Source of the DNA: Macrostomum lignano
Lineage: Eukaryota
Reading direction: 5' to 3'
Assembly: GCA_002269645.1 (NCBI GenBank)
Contig: NIVC01002465.1
Span: 1 to 32,544, forward strand
DNA: 32,544 nucleotides
Below are positions 1-10,035 of the stretch, piece after piece (within the stretch, counting starts at the first letter, position 1; the number at the start of each line of letters is the position of its first letter). Under the pieces are notes generated by a model. The model saw nothing but the letters and a program-made list of their open reading frames with translations, was not told the origin of the DNA and ran no database searches. A program made the translations under genes and the position numbers.

Positions 1-469
1 AGTCTTACTGATATATGATTGGTCCTGCTTACCAAGGCAAACAAATTGATAGGTGATATATAACATAGGTGACATAGGGTAAAAAGAGGATACTTTGCTT
101 TTTAGGCTCATTAGTAATTTGGCTACTATGAAAATTGAAAAAAAATCAATATACATATTTAGATAGTCATGGCAAATCAATTTATAAGAATACATTTGTT
201 TGCAATTGTCTTTTTGTTGCATTTTTTTTAATTTTAGGCCTATAAAAAATTAGATAGTTTAATATATATATGATAAGTTTAAACTCTAAAAATAGACCTT
301 GTTATTTTCCAAAAAATGCAAATCACTTTATTCAAGTAAAATTGTTACAAAGATGTTTGCTATGAATTTATTTTTATGCAAGAAATAAAAGGACAATAAA
401 ATAAAGCCTTCACAAAGACAATAGGCATTCTCCTTAAATAGAAAACATTAAGACCAAAAGCACCTTTTC

Positions 470-575
470 CGAATAGGAAGTATCCTAAAGATAGCAAGTA
501 TCTCCCAATAGCAAGCATCCCATAATAGCAAATATCTTCTCCTAGATAGCAAGCATTCCACAGATAGCAAGGAGT
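470..575. repeat. Degenerate short tandem repeat (ATAGCAAG(T/C)ATC core, ~6 copies) inside the hypermutated domain
   Basis: Recurring atagcaagtatc / atagcaagcatc / atagcaaatatc / atagcaagcatt at ~15-22 bp spacing. Confidence 0.6.
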
Positions 576-1296
576 CTCTATTAAAGATCTCTAATATAAG
601 TATCCCTACTATTCTTCTAAAAAATTCTAGGGGCTATTCTACAATTTGGGGGAAATTCTTCTAAAGAGTTATAGGGGCAATTCAAGATTAACACAGAACT
701 TTTTGAAATCATTAGCCACAATGCTTAGTCTTTTAGTCATTCCAATGGACTCTGTGGTTTTGCTTTCAAGGGCAGGCAAAATTGCTCTACTATGGTACTA
801 TTCTGGTAGTTCACTGAGCACCTAGGGTAGGTAGGCAGACAGATAGATTAGAATAGACAGATGGACATGGCAGCTTACTCATTTATAATATCCATTAGAC
901 TTATTGTTCAAAGTGGACAAGACAACATTGAAGCATATGACTATTAGGCCTATAGATTGTTCTTACTCATTTGTCAGATAGGTAATGTCCAAAAAGTCAG
1001 AGCCCAGACACAAGATTAGCTCTGCATAATCATTTGGGGACAAGATGGTGAACTCTGGTCTAAATGAATACTTGGCCTTGGGTTTTGATTATACAATTAG
1101 GAAACCTAAAGAAAATCAAATAGTTGAGCTTTGCCCCAATGTTTATTTCTCATATTATTATATTATTAGAGCCGAGGTGCTATTGCAAGTTATATTTTTC
1201 TAATATCTTAGACAAAAAAACATCTTAGAAACTAGAGGATGTTCTTTTTGGCCATGGTTAAATAGACTAAATTGGCTAGGGTACTCAAACCAAATG

Positions 1297-1325
1297 TACA
1301 AGTGTTGTTTGAAAAGTCTACAATC
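1297..1325. mobile_element. Candidate mariner terminal inverted repeat (TA + mutated CGAGGGTCGTTCGAAAAGT-like end)
   Basis: TAcaagtgttgtttgaaaagtc lies ~40-70 bp beyond the transposase stop and resembles a mariner TIR after CpG decay. I could not find the partner TIR at the other end. Confidence 0.4.
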
Positions 1326-1365
1326 AAACATGTCTAACAGATTAATGGATTAAACAAATGTAATG

Positions 1366-2358
1366 TTACTCTTCCTGCTTCTCAACATGGGCAGGCACTT
1401 TTGAGACTTATGCACTTATGTCACCTCTTAGCCAACTTCTTTATACTGGCAGCATAGAAATTAGCAGGTAACCCCTTGACCATGGCTGATGCCAGGGTCT
1501 GTAGAAAGCATTACTAGCAATCTCAGGTATGTTTTTTATCTTTTTATCTTTTATCTTCTTTTATGTGGCAACATCTGGAAGCCCAGTTCCAAAATAGCCA
1601 CGATTGTAGCAGACATTGTCATGCTGAAGCAAGATGCCACAACTTAGCTTGCCATATCATTGGGCCTTGATGGCTTCATGCAACTTCTGCAAGACTTAGA
1701 TATATTATTCACTATTGATTTTGGCACCATAGGGATGCTATTTGATAAGCAGAATGCCCTTCTTGTCCTAGAAGATAGTGGCCATTTGCTTCTAAGCTAA
1801 AGGTGCAGTTAGGGTCTTGATAGGTGTGGGCTCATGGCTGGCCTTCTTCTACACATTGCTCTGCATTTTGGACCCTGGCTCACTATAATAGAACCAAGAT
1901 TCATCCCTAGTCACAATCTAGCCCAAAAATTTGGGATCACTACAATATGGACTAGAGAAGCTACTGACACACCTAGACCTGCTCTTGCTATTGCTAGTCA
2001 GTCAGAAGTTTTGGGACCCAATAAGCAAAGACATGTTATATACCAAGTGCAACTGTCAAGATTAAGTGAATAGCCATTGATGAGATGCCAGTACTAGTTG
2101 ACAACTCTTGCACTATGGCTTGACTCAACATCTAGAGCATAATACACAAGCTCATATTGACCATGGTGGCAGGCTAGCTGCTCTGCAAAAGGCCATAAAC
2201 CATCTCCTAGCCATCTTCAAAGCACTGCACCCATTTGTTAACTGTGATTTTTGATTGTTCACTTTTACCATATGTTGCTTGTACCTCATAAATAATTTCT
2301 GCTTGCCATTTCCCTTGCTTGCACAAAAACCAAATGACACTCTGCTTTGTTTCTTCAT
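1366..2358 (-). pseudogene. Mariner (Tc1/mariner DDD-type) transposase pseudogene, hypermutated
   Basis: Minus-strand translation through stops and a few frameshifts gives, in canonical order: VIWFLCKQG..YG..TVNKWVQCFEDG*E..QSS*P (HTH1 and RSGRP); IVQELSTSTGISSMAIHLIL (HTH2); WVPKLL linker (2020-2003); FLG*IVTRDESWFYYSEPGSKMQSNV* (first catalytic D, 1905-1903); KQMATIF*DKKGILLI; KINSE*Y; LHEAIKAQ*YGKLSCGILLQHDNV (second D, 1620-1618); AILELGFQMLPH; FYAASIKKLAKR*HKCI..VEKQEE* (stop 1368-1366). The YSPDLAPxD segment is deleted. Confidence 0.93.
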
Positions 2359-2699
2359 TATTCAGAATAGTGAAAAAATATTTGTGACAAAACTAAGTTG
2401 CACTGGATGGGTGAAATTTTGAGGTTGGGCATGTATGCTTCAGCTAAGCAAGCTGAGTGTGCATGCTCCTAGGGAGCTTAGTTTTGTACTCATTGATGTC
2501 TAGTTGAACTCCAACAACTTTGTTGAGTAGTTCAACATATGTGTATTGGGCCAGGTTGTGTTAATGAGCCAAGGTGTGGATTTTGACAATATATAGTAAA
2601 GACAATGTCCTTGAGGCAACATAGGGAGATTGACAATAAATAGATATACAATGCTATTTTATAATACACATAGATTATAATACAATGCTATTTTTATTG

Positions 2700-2945
2700 A
2701 GTAGCCAAATCTCATGATAATAGAGGTTGACCTCCAAAGCAATGGATATATTGCCAATAATAGTTCAAATGACATTGTTCTTATCTACCTGCAGACATTG
2801 CCAATTCAAGTTGCAGATAAGAGTCATCCATATAAGTGCAGCATACTTGAGGTAGGGACATAAATATAGCTTTCTGCTTGAAATCAAAGATGTGTCTATA
2901 TGTCTACTTTAAAGGCTATGTATATATTTTAGATTTGCTCCAATA
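2700..2945 (-). mobile_element. Non-LTR retrotransposon (LINE) ORF2 post-RT fragment, hypermutated
   Basis: Minus frame reads ANLKYIHSL*SR..LYLCPYLKYAALIW..CLQVDKNNVI*TIIG. This matches the common LINE motif LY..RPxLEYAxxIW..LQxxQNxxxRxIxG with R>C (CGT>TGT), E>K (cGAG>cAAG) and R>* (CGA>TGA). Confidence 0.6.
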
Positions 2946-5295
2946 GCCCCAATTTTAACAAACATACAGACAGACAATTTTAACAGACAGACCAGGTGGT
3001 CTAACATCATGCTCAGTATAAGCAGGGAGGGTCAACACTCCAGTCTTGCTACTTACCAATCCTGAGGCATGTTGCACACATAGACTGAAAGTTAGTAACT
3101 AGGGTCATGGTGAAGGCACAGGCCTGGGTAATAGAATGCCGACTCCAGACCCCAAAGAACTTGCACATTTATGTGGGTATTACTGAACTTGAGGATCATT
3201 GCTATCATTGCTCAGATATCTTACTCACTTTCAAGCCATAGGCTTAGATGTCTACTATGACTGTTCTAGTTTATTTATGTTAGTTATGTTAGCTATACCC
3301 TGGTATAGATGCAAGGATGAAAAAATAACAACTCTAAGGTGACAGACAGACAGGGAGAGAGTGGAGTGCAAATCAAATGCATTGCCTTAGCCAGAATGCC
3401 ATGGCAGAGCCAATCAGCATGTAAAAAAGGGTAGAGAATTGATGCAAGAGAGCACACAAGGGAGGTGGAGGGCTTACATGCAAGCAATTGTAATTTTAAT
3501 TTCCTATTAATATGTTTAATGTTTACTTGATAGTTGTTATTTGCACTACCTGTGCAATTGCTGTCTAACACAGCTGATTTGGCCAGTGTAAACTGTGGTA
3601 GGCCAAATGTAAGTGGCAAAATAGACAACTTTCTAAACAATATTTTATGAGTAGCTAAACCTCATCCTTTGCTTTTGGATAAGTTACAAAACTAAGTTGT
3701 ATTTTCATCAAAACCTAGTAGCATAACCAGTGTTACAAGTTCAGAGGTTATGCATATATTTTAGTATTTTTTTCTGATAGGCTCATGATGTTAAATGTAT
3801 ATTGTTTATTTTCAAATTATATCATACCAAGCACCAGGTACATGTGTGCAGCAGATCATTTTTAGATTATAATGATGTACTATTTCGTTGTACTTTATTC
3901 CATGCTTGCTGTTATGGTAAGTTAGTCAACATGCAGATTTTTGATATTTCACTTTAAAAGATATGTAGTGATATGGGGTTTAATGTACTTTGCTCTTAGT
4001 TATACACTTTACTTATAGTCGTTCAAAAGGTATGATACAAAAAGACAATTTTTCCTCCTAAATGAAAAAAACTGTGCGAATCAGTATGTTCGTGACTAAT
4101 TTCGGACTGATACCCGGTTATTTTTGCACAGATATAAGGGAACAGTTCTGCACAGTACAGGTGTGTCTTTGGCAAGCCAGAGACAGATGAAAGAAGCGAG
4201 TTAGAGAAAAAAGGCCTGAAGGATGACGGCCCTAGCAGTTGGTCATTTTTGGGATATATTAGATGCTTAGAGACAGGGGATGTGAAGTTATCCTCAATCC
4301 AAGCAGTGGTAAGACAGTGGTGGAGTGTTTGGTGCATAGCGGGAGAGAAGGGAACGGTCAAACTGGGCTTGACATCAGAGAGGAAAAAAATAAAACGAAT
4401 GTGGAATGGCGGCCGCCTCTCGTTCCTTCCTAGCCTAAATCAAGAAGGTCTAAATCCAAAACCTGGATTGACAAATCTTCCCTCCAAATCGCCCATAAAA
4501 AGTTCGTTTTTTACTTTAAAATAAAACGAGGTTTTCATAATTCCGGTTAACCAACAGTAGCAATCTGAATCTAAATCTATCTGAATATGAGCAAGAAGTG
4601 CAATAACTCCAGGTAGTTTTAGATCTCCGTGGCCAGTCCCCTGGCCTTTAAATCTGGCTTCATAGTCATGCTTTAATTTTTAGCATCGCTTCTATATATA
4701 TGTACGCGTGCATACTTTTGCTTTTAGCTAAAAATAGCTTTTTTAAAGCCGACCAATTCGGAAACTGCACAGATAGCTGGGTTGGGGAAGGGGGGGAGCC
4801 AAGCCTAGTGGATAGCTATAAAGCAGCGAGTGGGGTCGGTTGTCAAGCGTAGATTAGCAGCTAAATAATAAAAAGCTGCAATGCAACGCTTTCTTAGGAT
4901 CTAATTTGTAGTTATTCCTAGTCCTAACAATTCACTGTCAATCTGTAACTTTCAGTCGTCTATCTCTGCCTGACTGCTTGCTGTTAAGAATATCAATTTT
5001 GAATAAGTCCGCTCGTTTCCGAAGACTGATGGCAACTAGACTTGTTAGTGTGCACTGCGCATTGAATCGGTAGGCATCACGTTTAATACTAAGCCGATGT
5101 CTTATCCAACTGGCGTTCTACTTTGCACCGTGTGTTTAGTTTTAATAAACAATCCAAAGATAAAGATAGAAATTAAATCAACAGCCTTCGTACGCTGAGC
5201 TATTCTCTGACGGAAGTTGCACTGCTGGGTGAAGAGATTCATCGTCCAACAGAGACAACTGTTTAGACTGCCTATTGAAATAGATATATTTAGTA

Positions 5296-6473
5296 ATGCA
5301 GCGAAGCCTTAAACCGCCGCAGGGTCATCAGGCCCAGAAACAGCAACAATACAATCAGTTTGGCATTGTATATGTGAAGCCATCAACTCGCGAGCATCGC
5401 AGCTCAAGCGCCACTGCCATACCCAGCGGTGCCGGTGGCAAGCATCGTTCCCACTCGGCTATACCACAGCCTCCACAGCAGCCGCATCATCAAGATCTTT
5501 CTTCTGCAACATCAGCAGTAGCAACAGCAGGTACTTTGCCATTTTCTCCTCGATACGGTCTGCGTTCTCGGCAGCAGCAGCAGCAGCAGCGTTGCCATAG
5601 CAACACAGGTAGCAGAAATACCAGCCCGGCGCCGCCTTTGGCCCCGTCCAGACTGACATCCGGTCGTCACGCTATGCCTACCGGTCACTCAACAGCATCT
5701 TCCGGCACTTCATCGTCTGGCATACCAACTAGCAGCGGCAAGTCAGCCGCTTCGTCGGGAATTCCTCAGCCCCAGGGCAGGCGAGGCTCAGCAGCCGCTG
5801 TGGTTGCAGCAACGCCTTCGCCTGGCGCCTCTGCGCACAGCTCGCTGCCTCAGCCGCAGCGGCATCAACGAGCTCGATCTGAGCAGCCTCCTGCGCAACC
5901 GAAGCAGCCAACTGTTCAGTCTACTCAGCTTCCTAAACCGACTAAATCTGTCGCAAACAGTAGCGGCATTCCAGCGCCATCTGCATCGCCGGCCGCGAAA
6001 TCCCGTACAGCGTCAAAGAAACCGCCGACAACTCCGCAGTCTTCTTCTTCGACTAATTCTCAGGCGGCATCCTCGTCAGCGTCCACTGGACGTAGATTGC
6101 TGTCCAGGCCAACAATCGGGCAGACAGCTTCATCCAGATCTGTTACACCGGCATCCCCTGCCTCCGCTACTACTGTTAAGAACTCCAACAATACTAGCAG
6201 TAGTAATAGTTTTCTAACTTGCGATGCTTCCGACGAGGATAACAGCAATTCCTTGCACATCGACTGCAGCGATCTTGATGATGCTTTAAACAATGCCGAC
6301 GAGATGTCGATCAGTTCCAGCGAACTGTCGGACGCTGTTGCTGAGCTGGAACGCTCAGTCTGCGCTGGAGGAGAGGGCCGGGCCACTCCAGACTTGTATG
6401 GCCTCACTTTGCGTAAAGCATCGGCAGATTATGGAGCCATTCGTCATCCAGTCGGCTTCAGCAACTCCTTCAG
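5296..6473 (+). CDS. nav: Neuron navigator/UNC-53/Sickie-like protein, N-terminal Ser/Pro/Gln-rich region (5' part of first coding exon, up to the frame break)
   Basis: Long low-complexity ORF directly upstream of, and overlapping, the frame that holds conserved NAV coiled-coil sequence. No CH domain is visible. The right boundary is approximate. Confidence 0.75.
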
Positions 6474-7567
6474 GAGGGCTCAGCTGGCGGCGGCAGCGGT
6501 GGAGAGTACTACTTCTCCGATACAGAGTCTGTACAGCGTCAGCAGCAGCACCAGCTGCTACAGCAGCACCAGAGACGCAAAACCGGCCTGGCTGCTGGCA
6601 CCAGTGGCTACTGCACCATTCGGTCTGCAGCTGGTCAAGCCCCCGCCTCTCTGCCAATGTCTGCCGCTGTTCCTCCAACACCTAGTCAGAGCCTTCGACT
6701 GCCGTACGCCACCATGCGGTCAAGCTGTTCAACTGGGAGCTTCTACCCGGGTAGTGGCGGCGGCGGAGGCATCGGAGGCTCCACGCTGTCAATCTACTCG
6801 GCCGTGTCTTCGTCAGCCACTACGGCTAATGAGGAGCGGCAAGCGATGGAGATTGCAAAGCTTCGAGCTGAGCTTGAGCAGGCCCAGCAGAGAATCGCTA
6901 GTCTGGCTGGTCAGCTCTGCGCCAACACAGACGCTGCCGAGGCTTTTGAACAGTCTCTGTCGGATGTGACCACCAAGCTGAGAGATCTGGCTAGCAGTGC
7001 TGAACGCAAGGACACTGAGCTGTCCCGTCTCCGGGCCGCTGTTGGCGCGCTGAAACGCGAGGAAGCGCCAATGCAGCTTATGATGCAGAAGGAGTCGCAG
7101 CAGCAAGGCTCGCAAAGTAAACGGCATCATGGCTGGTTGAGAAGTTTGCGCAGCTCAAAAAAGCAGCAACAACAGCAGCAGCAGCAGTCACAAGCACAGC
7201 CTCCTCCTCAGCAACAGCAGCCACCTGTTGTTGAGCCTCCCGCACTAACAGAGCTCGAACTCCAGCAAAAGCAGCAATCCGCTGCCGAGCTGCAACAATT
7301 GCGCAGTCTAACAGAAAAAATGCGAGCAGACATTAGCAATTTGAAGGCTGAGAATTGTCGCCTACAGCAGCTACAACAGATGAGATCAGATTTTGTAAGC
7401 GAGGATCACGGATTTGGCGGGTCGGTTACTGACGTTTATGGTGGCTTCGGCGGTGGCGCCAGACGGCTGAGCGTGGACTCGACAGCAGCTTTGTCGGCCA
7501 TCTCTGTCGGCGATGGCTCAATGGATGGTCGCTGCGATGCCGCCCTAGTGGTTAACGGGGCTCAAGG
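6474..7567 (+). CDS. nav: Neuron navigator-like protein, coiled-coil region (3' part of first coding exon; frame open from 6417)
   Basis: STLSIYSAVSSSATTANEERQAMEIAKLRAELEQAQQRIASLAGQLCANTDAAEAFEQSL..AERKDTEL matches the NAV coiled coil (KLRRELE..ANANLVAAFEQSL..AEEKDTEL). The exon ends at a phase-2 donor GG|GTAAGA at 7568. Confidence 0.88.
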
Positions 7568-7881
7568 GTAAGAAAGATTTTAAAGTATAGAGACCGGTAG
7601 TTTCCATGAGGGGAAATACTTCCGCTGACTCCTGAGGACATGCAAGCGCGACAATATTGTACGCAGGCACGCACTCATACACACGCTCATACAAGGTGTA
7701 CAATGGCCCTTTGACTTACTAATCGTTAGACTTGTACACTCTATGTGCCTTAAGGGTTAGAGCCGTTCAGGGAGTCGAACCAGGGGCCGTAATGTGATAG
7801 TCAGACGTGCTTATCACTGACAGTGTTGCACATTATACTGTAAGCTTCACAAAGTAACTACCCACCCTATTTCCCCCGCAG
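7568..7881 (+). other. GT-AG intron of the NAV gene (314 nt)
   Basis: GTAAGA donor and ttcccccgcAG acceptor. Splicing joins GG+A in frame to FDLIDG..LRLTVLAG, continuous with the 7934-9382 ORF. Confidence 0.88.
7757..7835 (-). mobile_element. tRNA-derived SINE head or tRNA pseudogene in the NAV intron
   Basis: Minus strand reads ..gtcagtgataagcacgtctgactatcacattacggcccctGGTTCGACTCCctgaacggc: a B-box/T-loop plus a tRNA-Val-like middle, with an imperfect cloverleaf. Confidence 0.4.
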
Positions 7882-9382
7882 ATTTGACCTAATCGATGGA
7901 TTTCCAAGCTCAGCGGAAAGTCTCCGACTCACTGTGCTGGCTGGGAGCAGCAAGCAGCCAATTGGCTGTCTGCCAGTCTGTCCCAGAACAAAATGGGAAA
8001 CTTTAGACGCCTGTTGCGGTCGGCTGTTTAAAGAATATTTGACTAGAGTTGATCCTAGCCAGGGTCTCGGCTTGGGATCGGACTGCGTTGTCGCTTACGA
8101 AATCCTTGGGAGCAATGGCGGCAGCAGCGGCATGGGTCTCAGGCGGCGTGGCGCTTCATCTCACTCTTGCCCGCCGCCTCTGGTAGCTTGCATGTCGGCC
8201 GCCTCTGCCGCCTCCTCGGATCCCAATATTGATCCTAGAAATCCCCAGCTTCGACTTTATCTACAGCTCCATCTGGCTAGCGAGTTGGAGACCCTGGCAC
8301 TGGAGACTCTGGTGCCTAAGCCTACACTGCAGAGATATATCGGTCTGCTGAAGGAGCACAGGCGTATTGCGCTGTGCGGCCCAGCAGGTGTTGGCAAGTC
8401 CAGACTAGCTGGTAGTTTAGCAGCTCACCTGTCTGGCTCTTCCTCTAGCGTGGCCACTTTCACCGCCGATCGGCGTAGCGAAAGAAATCTTCGAACTTTT
8501 CTCACCAGTTTGAATAACGATTCCAGCGTTGGTGCAGTTGTGCTGGATAATTTGCACCTGGTAGACTCGCTATCTGAGGTCCTGTCAGCCTGTTTGCCGC
8601 CGAAGGAACCGCCGCCGTATTTCATAGTTGGCGTGATGACGCAAGGCGGCAGCGGGCAAGCTGAGCGACTTCACGCGGCCAAGCTTGAGCTGCACAGCGC
8701 TTGCAATTTTCGCTGGGTTCTGTGCTCGGCTCATATGGAACCGGTGCGCGGCTTTCTGGGCCGGTGTCTGCGCCAGCGTCTGGTTGCTGCCGAAGTTGAA
8801 GCTGGGTCCAGACTGCCCGAGATGTCGCTGATAGTTGACTGGCTGCAGGACGCCTGGTTGAAGTTAAATCGCCTGTTGGAGACACACGCTGGCGCTGAGG
8901 CGTCGCTGGGCCCCGGCCAGTTCGCCGCCTGCCCCATGGACTCGTGGCGCGGCGCGGAGCAGTGGTTCCTGCGGCTGTGGAATCACTGCTTAGTTCCCTA
9001 CGTTATCGAAGCTTGCCGTGAAGGCCTGCGTCTGCGCGGCGCCAGAGCTCCGTGGGAAGATCCGGCGGCCAAGTTGAAGATTGACTGGCCCTGGGGTGCC
9101 AGCGGGGACGCCGAGGAGTTGATCAGCATCCGTCCGGAGGATGTGGGTTACGAAGCTAGTAGACCTCCAGCCGCAGGGGTTTCCGCACCAGCCGTTGTCA
9201 CCGGAGCTGCTGATGACATCCCAGCCGAAGTTGTCAATAAAGATTCTACTGCAGCCAACGACGAGGTGATTACAGCATCGTCTGATGCCAACACCACAGA
9301 TGACCGACTGATGGCTATGCTCATGCGGCTACAGGAGGTTGCTAATTGTGGTTTGGCTAGTGACCTGACAGACTGTGTCTGA
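7882..9382 (+). CDS. nav: Neuron navigator-like protein, last exon with AAA+ ATPase domain
   Basis: TKWETLDACCGRLFKEYLTRVDP; Walker A GPAGVGKS; Walker B VVLDNLH; NFRWVLCSAHMEPVRGFLGRCLR; GPGQFAACPM; WFLRLWNHCLVPY; C-terminal LMAMLMRLQEVAN. All are NAV/UNC-53 hallmarks. Confidence 0.95.
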
Positions 9383-9469
9383 GTTTGTTAGTGTGCGGTT
9401 ATATTGTGCGCAACCATTTAACAGCAATGTTTTAGGATCTTGTGGATTTTTCTCTGAGAGTTTCGATAC

Positions 9470-10035
9470 ATCCACGATAATCTTCCCTTAAATCCATAAG
9501 AATATCCCTTAAATCTATCAGAATCTTGCTTAAATCCACGAGAATCTTCCTTTAAATCCATGAGAATCTCTCTTAACTCCACAAGAATCTCCCTTCAATC
9601 CACGAGAGTCTCCCTTGAATCCACGAGAATCTCCCTTCAATCCACGATAATCTCCCTTCAACCCACTAGAATCTCCCTTAAATCTATCAGAATCTCGCTT
9701 CAATCCACGAGAATCTCCCTTCAATCCGCTAGGATCTCCCTTCAATCCACGAGAATCTCGCCTAAATCCACGAGAATCTCCCTTCAATCCACGAGAATCT
9801 CGCCTAAATCCACGAGAATCTCGCCTAAATCCACGAGAATCTCCCTTCAATCTACGAGAATCTCCCTTCAATCCACGAGAGTCTCCCTTCAATCCACGAG
9901 AATCTCCCTTCAATCCACGAGAATCTCCTTTAAATCCACGAGAATCTCCTTTAAATCCATGAGAATCTCCCTTCAATCCACGAGAATCTCCCTTCAATTC
10001 ACGAGAATCTCCTTTAAATCCACGAGAATCTTCTA
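9470..10035. repeat. 21-bp minisatellite (AATCCACGAGAATCTCCCTTC), ~26 copies, just 3' of the NAV stop
   Basis: Direct tandem periodicity with degenerate edges; it produces the spurious ORFs 9530-9997 and 9560-10036. Confidence 0.95.

Larger units (their letters stand above)
1..4020. other. CpG-depleted, TAG/CTA-enriched hypermutated transposon-graveyard domain
   Basis: Hand scan finds only about 5 CpGs (near 470, 1175, 1601, 3140, 3886) in 4 kb, versus over 100 expected at roughly 36% GC. In the first 1020 nt TAG occurs about 37 times and CAG about 10 times. CpGs resume abruptly from ~4020-4075. Confidence 0.9.

Noticed and set aside
1380-1530. THAP-like ARVCRKHY motif on the + strand
   Set aside because: It is the antisense reading of the mariner C-terminal region, so the match is coincidental.
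1834-2358. ORFs 1834-2073 (+) and 2152-2358 (-) as genes
   Set aside because: They are off-frame or antisense readings of the mariner pseudogene; the true transposase frame is the one full of stops.
2820-2850. YMDD reverse-transcriptase-like motif on the minus strand
   Set aside because: It lies in a different frame from the better-supported LINE PYLKYAALIW motif, and flanking RT motifs are absent.
3000-3260. Possible LINE C-terminal CCHC zinc knuckle on the + strand
   Set aside because: It needs several frameshifts to assemble, which is too weak to call.
4816-4824. TATA-like element (CTATAAAG) upstream of NAV
   Set aside because: It lies ~480 bp from the ATG with no TSS evidence, and the motif is too short to support alone.
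6460-6490. Programmed -1 ribosomal frameshift as the primary explanation of the NAV break
   Set aside because: There is no slippery heptamer or evident stimulatory structure; a single-base assembly error or a short intron is more parsimonious.
5459-8937. Antisense and alternate-frame ORFs overlapping the NAV and arrestin exons
   Set aside because: They are expected by-products of GC-rich coding sequence and show no recognisable domains.
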